Source of the DNA: an uncultured Spirochaetota bacterium | Lineage (GTDB): Bacteria; Spirochaetota; Spirochaetia; SZUA-6; Fen-1364 | DNA: 64,000 bases | Assembly: GCA_963768665.1 (NCBI GenBank) | Contig: CAVYIU010000007.1 | Coordinates: 135,308-199,307 of the forward strand | Reading direction: 5' to 3' | Notes under the pieces: generated by a model | Database searches by the model: none | The model's input: only the letters and a program-made list of their open reading frames with translations | Told to the model about the DNA's origin: nothing | Shown here: positions 12,665-20,968 of the stretch, in pieces | Layout: each line of letters opens with the position of its first letter | How positions within the stretch are numbered: position 1 is the stretch's first letter | Position numbers and translations under genes: made by a program

Positions 12665-13183
12665 TCAGTTCCGCGACGGCGCGCCGCCGCGGCCGCCCGC
12701 GACGAGCTTCTCGGCGAAGTCCTCGACGAACGCGCGGTTGTCCGGCGTGGCCGTTTCCCGTTTCAGCAGGGCGTCAGCGATGGAGAAGGAGAGCGAGACG
12801 ACCTGCCCGCGCAGCGCGCGCTCCGCGTCTTCCCGTGCTCGCACGATCTCCGCCTCGGCGCGCTCGCGGATCTCGCGCACCTCGGCCTGCGATGCCCGCA
12901 GGAGATCCTCGCGGAGCCGCGAGGCTTCCACGCGGGCGGCCTCGATGATGAGGGCCGCCTCGGCTTTGCCCTCGCGGATCTTCTGCTCGTACTCGGCGAG
13001 CACGCTGCCTGCCTTCTCCCCGGCCACCCGGGCGGCGTCAAGGTCTGCAGCGATCTTCCGGGACCTCTTGTCCAGCGCACCGATGATCGTGTCCCATACG
13101 GTGAGCCGCAGGATGAGGAGGATGATCCCGAAGGTGATCCACAGCCAGATGATGAGGCCGGGATCGACGCGAAGAAGCGCCAT
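12665..13183 (-). CDS. atpF: Fo ATP synthase subunit b
   Basis: Intact 172-aa ORF with a single N-terminal TM helix followed by a long charged helix (AEYEQKIREGKAEAA...). Operon position fits. Confidence 0.85.
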   Translation of the reverse strand: MALLRVDPGLIIWLWITFGIILLILRLTVWDTIIGALDKRSRKIAADLDAARVAGEKAGSVLAEYEQKIREGKAEAALIIEAARVEASRLREDLLRASQAEVREIRERAEAEIVRAREDAERALRGQVVSLSFSIADALLKRETATPDNRAFVEDFAEKLVAGGRGGAPSRN

Positions 13184-13192
13184 GGGGGTTTC

Positions 13193-13443
13193 CTACAGAC
13201 GATGGCGAGGATACAGATGACCAGCGCGATGATGCCGACGCCTTCCACCAGGACGGCGGCGAGCAGCATGTTCGTCTGGATCTTGCTGATGGCCTCGGGC
13301 TGCCGCGCGATGCCTTCCACCGCCGCGGCGCCGATGCGTCCCAGCCCGATGCCGACGCCGAGGACCGCGAGTCCCGCGCCGATACAGGCACCGATGTAGG
13401 CGCCGAACTTCATGATGGCGGGTGCCAGTGCTGCAATGTCCAT
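13193..13443 (-). CDS. atpE: Fo ATP synthase subunit c; stop codon out of frame as sequenced
   Basis: MDIAALAPAIMKFGAYIGACIGAGLAVLGVGIGLGRIGAAAVEGIARQPEA...LVEGVGIIALVICILAIV is a two-helix proteolipid with the carboxylate E. The frame then reads on into atpF. A TAG at 13195..13193 lies one frame over. Confidence 0.85.
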
Positions 13444-13545
13444 GTCGTTCTCCTCGAGAAAGAATTGCCGCGGTCCCCCACGGGAACCGTTCTGTACGCT
13501 GCCACGGCAGGGGCGGGTCCTCCCGCATCCCGTGGCGATTCCGCA

Positions 13546-14461
13546 CTAGTGCTTTCTTCATGGCCATGCCGATGAACAGCGCCGAGAGGAACGAGAAGAT
13601 GTAGGCCTGCAGCACCGCCACGAACAGCTCGAGGGCGGAGATGGCGAGGTCCACGATCACGGCGACCGGTCCCACGGCAAAGGACTGGAACTTCACGACC
13701 AGGAGCAGGATCACGAGGATTGCCACGTGGCCGCCGATCATGTTGGCGAAAAGCCGCATGATGAGGGCGAGGGTCTTGGAGAAGATCCCGACCACCTCCA
13801 GGAGGAGTGTCAGCGGCGCCATCCAGCCCGGCGTCCCGTGCGGCACGAGCTGCCGCCAGTAGCCGACCACGCCCTTGGTCATCATCCCCTGGATGTTGAA
13901 GACGAAGAAGGTGATGAGACCCAGGCCCGCCGTGGTGGCGAGGTTGCCGGTCACCGCGCCCCCGAGCCAGACCGTCTCGCCGCCGCCGGCCGGCGCGACC
14001 GGGGCGAACGGGGGAATCATGCCCAGGAGGTTCCCGTAGAGGATGAAGAGGAACATCGTGAAGCACAGCAGGTGGTACTTGCGGCCTTCCTCCCCGAGGA
14101 CAGGCTCGTACACCTCCCTGCGCATGTACTCGATGAGCGCCTCGAAGATCCCCTGCATGCGCGTGGGCTTCTTGTACGGGTTGCGAAGCTTGCGGGCGAG
14201 GTAGAACATGCTGAGCAGGACCAGCAGCGCGACGGCCGTCATGAGGATGAAATGCTTCGTGATGTTCAGCGTGAGGTGGAAGCTCCCGATGCTGAGCACA
14301 GGGAAAGACGCATACGGATGGTCCACGTTGTCCGTCAGCTCGCCGAACAGGGCGGTGGAGAGGTTGAAGCCCGCCTTCGCCGGCTCCGCGCCCGCGGCGA
14401 AAACGGCCGGCAACGGCATGACTGTCAGCAACAGACAGAGAGCCACGATGCGCCTCGACAT
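13546..14461 (-). CDS. atpB: Fo ATP synthase subunit a, with an N-terminal signal-like extension; stop codon out of frame as sequenced
   Basis: LALIMRLFANMIGGH (essential Arg region), and LQAYIFSFLSALFIGMA near the C-terminus. Removing one T from TTT 13553-13555 gives ...GMAMKKH-TAG. Confidence 0.88.
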
Positions 14462-14700
14462 CGGTGCACTTGCGCGCAGGATTCGATCCCCTTCCTGGTT
14501 CGTGATTTGGCAGGTCGACGCCAAACTCCATTATAGCAGAAATCCTTGTCTTCCGCGAGACAATCTTTGCCAACTCTTTCTTGCCCCGCCACGGCAGGAA
14601 TTCAGTACTTTTCTTCCATAGTCATCAGGGTTGGCCGGAGCCCTTCCGCGGTAGTCGTGGGTGGGAAGGGCGGACGGCCAATACCACAGGAGGAGGCCCT

Positions 14701-16232
14701 TTGAACCTGCCCAGGACGTTTGGAGAGCTGAAAAAGTCAGGCTATACGCGCAAGTCTATTAAGGAAGAGATGCGCGAGAATCTCGTGCGCATGCTGCGCA
14801 ACAAGGAGGAACTGTTCCCGGGTATCATCGGCTACGACTCCACGGTCATCCCCGGCCTGGTGAACGCCATGCTGTCCCGGCATGACTTCATCCTGCTGGG
14901 GCTGCGCGGCCAGGCAAAGACACGCATCCTGCGCAGCCTCGTGCGGTTCCTGGACGAGCAGGTCCCCGTCCATCGCGGGGACGGAAACGAATGATGATCC
15001 CTTCGCGCCCGTCAGCAGGAAGGGCACGGGAGGCCGTCGCCACGATGGGGGATGCGGCACCGATCGAGTGGCTGCCGCGGGAGGCGCGCTACCGCGAGAA
15101 GCTGGCCACCCCCGACGTCACCATCGCGGACCTCATCGGGGACATCGACCCCATCAAGGCGGCCACGCGGAAGCTGGCCTATGCCGACGAGGAGGTCATC
15201 CATTTCGGCATCATCCCCCGGACCAATCGGGGCATCTTCGCCATCAACGAGCTGCCCGACCTTCCCCCGCGCATCCAGGTGGGCCTGCTCAACATCATGG
15301 AAGAGAAGGACATCCAGATCCGCGGGTTCCCCATCCGCATGCAGCTGGACATCCTCATGGTCTATTCGGCGAACCCCGAGGACTACACCAACCGCGGCAA
15401 CATCATCACGCCGCTGAAGGACCGCATCGACTCGCAGATCATCACGCACTACCCGCAGGACAGGCAGGCGGCGATGCGGATCACCGCGCAGGAAGCCTGG
15501 ACGAAGCGGGAAGGCGGCATCGAGCTGGTCGATGCCCGACTGGTTCCGCGAGCTGGTGGAGGAAGTGGCCTTCGCCGCCCGCGGCAGCGAGTACGTGAAC
15601 CAGGCATCCGGTGTCTCGGCCCGCATGAGCATCTCCCTCATGGAGAACGTGATGAGCAACATGGAGCGCCGCGCCATCATGCAGGGAGAGAAGCAGGTCT
15701 ACCCGCGCATCGGCGGACCTGCACGCCGCTGTCACGGCCATCACGGGCAAGGTGGAGCTGGTCTACGAGGGCGAGCAGCAGGGCGCGGCGATCGTGGCGC
15801 GCAAGATCATCGGTGAAGCGGTGAAGGAGACCTTCCGCCGCTGGTTCCCCGACCCCACGCCGAAGAAGAAAAAGAAGAGGAGCCCAGGCGAGGAGGAAGA
15901 GTGGAAGAGCAGCATCCCGCCGGCCAGCCGGAGCCCTCTCCCTTCCAGCCCGTCCTCGCGTGGTTCTCCAAGGGCAACACGGTGGAGACCTCGGACGAGC
16001 TGCCCACGACGACTACGTCGGGCGCCTCGAGAAGGTGACGGGGCTGAAGGAGATAGCGGCGAAGCACCTCGACCTGAAGGACGGGGACGGCATCGCCCTG
16101 GGCATGGAGTTCGTCCTGGAGGCGCTGCACCAGCACTCCATGGTCTCCAAGCGGGAGGAGGGCATGAAGACCGCCTACCGCGACATGCTGAAGGCGATGT
16201 TCGACCACATGGCCACCAGCGGCGACAACTAG
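14701..16232 (+). CDS. ChlI/Mg-chelatase-like AAA+ ATPase; at least 4 frame breaks
   Basis: TTG start after AGGAGGAGG. Fragments are in ORFs 14581.., 14991.., 15532.., 15752.. and 15960... Motifs: [38 protein letters not shown] (Walker A region), [11 protein letters not shown] (Walker B), [17 protein letters not shown]. Confidence 0.75.
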
Positions 16233-16246
16233 GAAGGCGCGCACGG

Positions 16247-17360
16247 ATGCTGTGGGAATACTCGGAGTGGGACCAGACGCCTCCAGAACCTCCTGAAGTC
16301 CTTCCAGGACCTCATGAGCCTGTTCAACTACCTCCTGCTCATGGCGGCGGGGGACGTGGACAAGGTGTTCAAGTGGATGGAGTACCTGCAGGAGCGCGGC
16401 TCGCTGGACGCCGACATCGACCTGGAGGAGTTCCGCCGGCAGCTCGAGGAGCAGCGGATCATCGAGAAGCTGAAGGAGGGCGGCTACAGCCTCACCGCCA
16501 AGGGCGAGCAGGTGATCCGCAAGGATTCGCTGAACCAGATCTTCAACGGCCTGCAGAAGTCAGGCTTCGGCCAGCACCGCGTGCCCAGCACGGGCAACGG
16601 CGATGAGCGGCTCACGGAGACCCGGCCCTGGCGCTTCGGTGATCCCGTGACGCAGATCGATGCGCTGGGCACGATCTCCAACGCGGTGAAGCGGGCGGCC
16701 TGCGGCCGCAGTGGGGGAGCGACGATATCACGCTGGCGGAGGAGGACTTCGAGGTCTACGAGACCGAGCACCTCTCCTCGTGCGCCACGATGCTCCTCAT
16801 CGACATCAGCCACAGCATGATCCTCTACGGCGAGGACCGCATCACCCCTGCCAAGCAGGTGGCGCTGGCCCTGACCGAGCTGATCCTCACGCGCTATCCC
16901 AAGGACACGCTGCGGGTGGGCACGTTCGGCGACGAGGCGCGGGAGATCGCCATCAGGGACATCCCGTACCTGCAGGTGGGGCCCTATCCACACCAACACG
17001 CGCGCGGGGCTGGAGATGGCGCAGACCATCCTCGAGGGCAACGCGGCAGTCCAACCGGCAGATCTTCATGGTCACCGACGGAAAGCCGACGGCCATCACG
17101 GAGAACGGGGAGGTCTACAAGAACCCCTACGGGTTCGACCCGAAAATCCTCGCCCAGACGCTGGAGGCCGCCTCGGCCTGCCGGCGCGCGGGCATCACCA
17201 TCACGACATTCATGCTGGCGCAGGACCCCGAGCTGGTGAACTTCGTGGAGGAGATGACGACGCCTGAACAAGGGCAGGGCGTACTTCGCCGCCGCGGACA
17301 AGCTCGGGCGAGTTCCTCTTCGCCGACTACATCCGCAACAAGAGGAGGATGCTGCACTGA
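16247..17360 (+). CDS. vWA domain protein, partner of the ChlI-like ATPase; about 5 frame breaks
   Basis: MLLIDISHSM (MIDAS DxSxS), QIFMVTDGKPTA and ITITTFML are spread over ORFs 16314.., 16790.., 17016.. and 16711... The protein ends ...IRNKRRMLH-TGA at 17360. Confidence 0.7.
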
Positions 17361-17427
17361 CGAGCGCCTGGGGACTCCCTCTTCCCACGCCGCGCTGATT
17401 CAGCGATACTGGCCGCGGAGGAAGACG

Positions 17428-18388
17428 ATGCCCGTTAGGATCCCGGAAGGAGCTTCCGGCACGCAAGATTCTTGCCGAAGAGAACATCTTCGTCATGACG
17501 CGCGGAGCGCGCCGTGCACCAGGACATTCGCCCGCTGCGCATCGCCGTGCTGAACCTAATGCCCACGAAGATCGTGACCGAGACCCAGATCCTGCGCCTG
17601 CTGGGCAACAGCCCGCTGCAGATCGACATCACCTTCATCCGCATGGGCACCCACGAGTCGAAGAACACGCCCACCGAGCATCTCGACGCCTTTTACGAGT
17701 CGCTGGACGAGGTCCTCCACGAGCGGTTCGACGGCCTCGTCATCACCGGGGCGCCCGTGGAGACGCTGCACTTCGAGAAGGTCGACTACTGGCCCGAGCT
17801 GGTGCGTCTCATGGACTGGAGCAGGACAAACGTCTGGTCCACCATGCACATCTGCTGGGGCGCGCAGGCGGCTCTCTACCACCATTACCGGCGTGCCCAA
17901 GTACCCCGTTCCCGCGAAGGTGTTCGGCCTCTTCCCCCACCGCGTGCTGGACCCCTACAAGCCCATCATGCGCGGGTTCGACGAGGTCTTTCTCGCGCCC
18001 CATTCGCGTCACACCGAGGTGCGCCAGGAGGACATCGAGAAGGTGAAGGACGTGAAGCTCCTGGCGGTCTCCGAGGAAGCGGGCGTCTACATGGCGATTT
18101 CGGCGGACGGGCGCATGATCTTCGTGACGGGTCACCCCGAGTACGACAGGCTGACGCTGAAGGCCGAGTACGACCGTGACGTTGCCCGGGGCATGCCGAT
18201 CGCCGTGCCGAAGAACTACTTCCCCGGCGATGACCCGCGCCAGGGACCCGGTGGTGACCTGGCGGTCGCACGCTCACCTGCTGTACTCGAACTGGCTGAA
18301 CTACTGCGTCTACCAGGCCACGCCGTTCGACCTGGGAGAGCTCCCCGGCGCGGACGCATCCACGAGGAAGGAGCGGCGCCGGGGTTGA
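17428..18388 (+). CDS. metA: homoserine O-acyltransferase (MetA family); at least 4 frame breaks
   Basis: [22 protein letters not shown]...[51 protein letters not shown] and [15 protein letters not shown] across frames 1, 2, 0, 1, 2. Confidence 0.88.
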
Positions 18389-18419
18389 CAGCGCCGCGCG
18401 ATGCAGGGAAGCTCCTCGC

Positions 18420-19520
18420 ATGACAGGCCGAGATCGAATGCTCACCGCTTTGTCGAACGGGCGGCCGGACAGGCTGCCGTGCCAGGTCCACGGGTGGATG
18501 GGCTACTACCTCCGCACGGTCCTCGGGGGCATGGACAGCTGGCAGGCGTACGAACGCTTCGGCATGGACATCGCCGCGTACGAGGAGCCGGAGTACCGCT
18601 GCGCGGACGGCGACCTCGCGCGCTGGAAGGTGCGGCGGCGCGATCTGGGCACCGGTGACGACGGGCGGCGCCTCTGGGACGAGACGATCGAGACCCCGGG
18701 CGGCACCCTGCACCGCGAGGGTGCGACCAACCAGTTCACCACGTGGGACACCGAGGTCCTTGTCAAGAATGAGAAGGACTTCGCCCTCTGGGAGAAGTAC
18801 TCCCCCGTTCCCGTGGGCATCGACTGGAGCGGGATCGCGCGCGCGAAGGACCGCCTCGGCGACCGCGGCATCATCCGCAGCCACCCGTTCAGCCCCGGCC
18901 AGGGAAGCCCGTGGCAGAGCTTCTGCGTCCTCGTGGGCACGGAGCCCGCCATCATGATGGCCATCGACACGCCCGCCTTCGTGCACCACGCGCTCGCGGT
19001 TATCCTCGAGCGCACGCTTTCGGTCACCGAGCTGTGGAAGGGAATCCCGTCGGACATGGTGGAAACCGGCGGCGGGGCGGGATCGAACACGGTGATCAGC
19101 CCCTCGATGTTCGAGGAGTTCTGCGTTCCCTACGACCGCCGTCAGCACGCCGCGCTCCACGCGGTCGGCGTGAAGATCGTCTATCACCTCTGCGGCGGCG
19201 TGATGAAGATGCTCGATCTGGTGGCGGGCAACGGTGCCGACGGGCTGGAAACCATGACGCCGCCTGCCATGGGCGGGGACTGCGACCTGCGCGAGGCATC
19301 GCGACGCGTGGGGGAGAAGCTGTTCTTCATGGGAGGCTTCGACCAGAACGCGGGGTTCGAGCGCGGCACGCCCGAGACGGCGCGGCGCCAGGTGTTCGAG
19401 TGCTTCGAGGCGACACGCGACCATGCCGGCTACATCTGCGTGCCGTCAGATCACTTCTTCTTCGGCGACCCGGCGAACATCCAGGCTTTCGCGGACGCGT
19501 GCAAGGAGTGCAGGTACTGA
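18420..19520 (+). CDS. URO-D superfamily protein (MtaA/CmuA-like methyltransferase fold)
   Basis: Intact 366-aa ORF with the same architecture as 5671..6679: N-terminal RDRMLTAL.G..PDR.P, and a C-terminal half with YHLCGG and DGLETM. Confidence 0.7.
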   Translation: MTGRDRMLTALSNGRPDRLPCQVHGWMGYYLRTVLGGMDSWQAYERFGMDIAAYEEPEYRCADGDLARWKVRRRDLGTGDDGRRLWDETIETPGGTLHREGATNQFTTWDTEVLVKNEKDFALWEKYSPVPVGIDWSGIARAKDRLGDRGIIRSHPFSPGQGSPWQSFCVLVGTEPAIMMAIDTPAFVHHALAVILERTLSVTELWKGIPSDMVETGGGAGSNTVISPSMFEEFCVPYDRRQHAALHAVGVKIVYHLCGGVMKMLDLVAGNGADGLETMTPPAMGGDCDLREASRRVGEKLFFMGGFDQNAGFERGTPETARRQVFECFEATRDHAGYICVPSDHFFFGDPANIQAFADACKECRY

Positions 19521-19610
19521 GAGCAGCGGCCTACTGGCTCGCGCAGCGGCCTACTGGCTCGCGCAGCGGCTTACTGGCTCGCGCAGCGGCTTACTGGCTC
19601 GCGCAGCGGC
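19521..19610. repeat. 20-bp tandem repeat, 4.5 copies (GCGCAGCGGCYTACTGGCTC)
   Basis: Direct reading. Copies are at 19521-40, 19541-60, 19561-80 and 19581-600, with a half copy at 19601-10. The array fills the gap between two convergent stop codons (19520 and 19621). Confidence 0.95.
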
Positions 19611-19620
19611 AGCCGCCCGC

Positions 19621-20406
19621 CTACCCGACGTCCAGGACGAGCTCGTCGTTGCGCGCGATGATCTTCTTTCCCGGGGGCACCACGAGGAAGTCCTCGTTCC
19701 ATGGTCCTTCGAACAGCCGTCGCAGGAGGGACATGCTCCCCTTGCGTTCCTTGAACCGCCAGCCCAGCTTTGCCGCCTCGGCCCGGCCGGCCTCGATGAG
19801 TGACGTCTCGTCGCAGACGCCCATCGACAGGTAGAGGTACGCGCTGTAGTTCTTCCGCCAGTCGCCCACGGTGGCAGCAAGGAAGTCGGCGTTTTCCTTC
19901 CCGTACTTTTCCACCATCTGCTCGTAGCTTTCCGCGAGGCCGAGCTTTCCCATGACGCCCTGCGTGCCGTACGCGGGGCGGCTGTAGTCCTTTCCTTCTT
20001 CGACGTTCCGCTCCGACCACCCGCTGGTGAGGTAGTAGGTGCCGGGGTGCGCGTCGAAATACGTGCGGTAATCAGCCCGCGAGCCGAAGAAAAACGTGAT
20101 GCAGTCATGACCGCGGGGGAGAACGAGCGGGATCTCCCGGGCCGTCACGCCCACCACCCCGTCGTTGCAGCGCGCATACCCCAGGAGGATCGCCTCGTAC
20201 CCCGCGTACGGGTCCACGGCGTCAATGGCGCCCTGGATGCGCGCCACCATGTCGGGAGTCTCCAGGTCGTGCAGGCCCTTGCGGAGGAACTCCACGTCCA
20301 CCATGGACGCCGAGGTCGCTGCCAGCATGCAGGCCTCGCGGTAGATGATCTCGCAGCCGATGAACTTCAGCCGGCGCTTCTTCGCGGGAGGGGGCGCGCC
20401 GATCAC
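19621..20406 (-). CDS. DUF1638 domain protein
   Basis: Intact 261-aa ORF. KFIGCEIIYREA near the N-terminus, GYARC and HDCIT match my recollection of DUF1638 proteins found next to corrinoid methyltransferase genes. Confidence 0.65.
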   Translation of the reverse strand: MIGAPPPAKKRRLKFIGCEIIYREACMLAATSASMVDVEFLRKGLHDLETPDMVARIQGAIDAVDPYAGYEAILLGYARCNDGVVGVTAREIPLVLPRGHDCITFFFGSRADYRTYFDAHPGTYYLTSGWSERNVEEGKDYSRPAYGTQGVMGKLGLAESYEQMVEKYGKENADFLAATVGDWRKNYSAYLYLSMGVCDETSLIEAGRAEAAKLGWRFKERKGSMSLLRRLFEGPWNEDFLVVPPGKKIIARNDELVLDVG

Positions 20407-20819
20407 GCCAGGAACCTCAGCGCGGAGTGCTCCGGCGCGTAGCCGAGGAATGCCTTTGCGCGCTCGATGCTCACCAGGCCGTCATATCCCTTCACGTTCT
20501 TCTTCCCTTTCATCCCGACGCCCGGGCAGAAAAGCTCCACGAGCGTCTTCGAGGGAACGCCGCTCCGGTTGCACCCGTCGTTGATGAAGAGCGGATGGCT
20601 CCCCTCGTAGGGCAGAGTCAGGGCCTTCTCGAACGCCCGCGCGCTGTCGCGCGCGTCCACCGCCGTCCAGAAATCGGCGCGGCAGCTCATGAGGGACGAC
20701 TCGGGGAACACGCCCTGCCAGCGCTTCGGTGAATGCTCGAACAGGCGCCGTCCGCGCACCAGCCGCTCGACGACGGCCGGGCCGACGTTTCCGACGCCGC
20801 CCGTGACGAGAATCCTCAT
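20403..20819 (-). pseudogene. NAD-dependent epimerase/dehydratase remnant (internal deletion)
   Basis: MRILVTGGVGNVGPAVVERLV (Rossmann GxxGxxG) joins directly to C-terminal-type sequence (VDARDSARAFEKAL ... SIERAKAFLGYAPE). It is 138 aa where this family is normally about 300, and the catalytic YxxxK region is absent. Confidence 0.6.
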
Positions 20820-20968
20820 GGCGCCGACAGTACACCGGCGAGCGGGAGGGTGGGAAGGCCGCGCCGTTTCGCCGCCGGGGATCGCCGGTTTCTCTTTGAC
20901 TCGGCATGCCCACGGAAGTAGCTTATTTCTACCATATAGAATCCATCGGAAAAGGAGATTCCCGGTTC

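Noticed and set aside
14468-14490. tRNA-like T-arm sequence (GGATTCGATCCCC) upstream of atpB
   Set aside because: The flanking bases do not form the T-stem, acceptor stem or anticodon arm. It is an isolated resemblance only.
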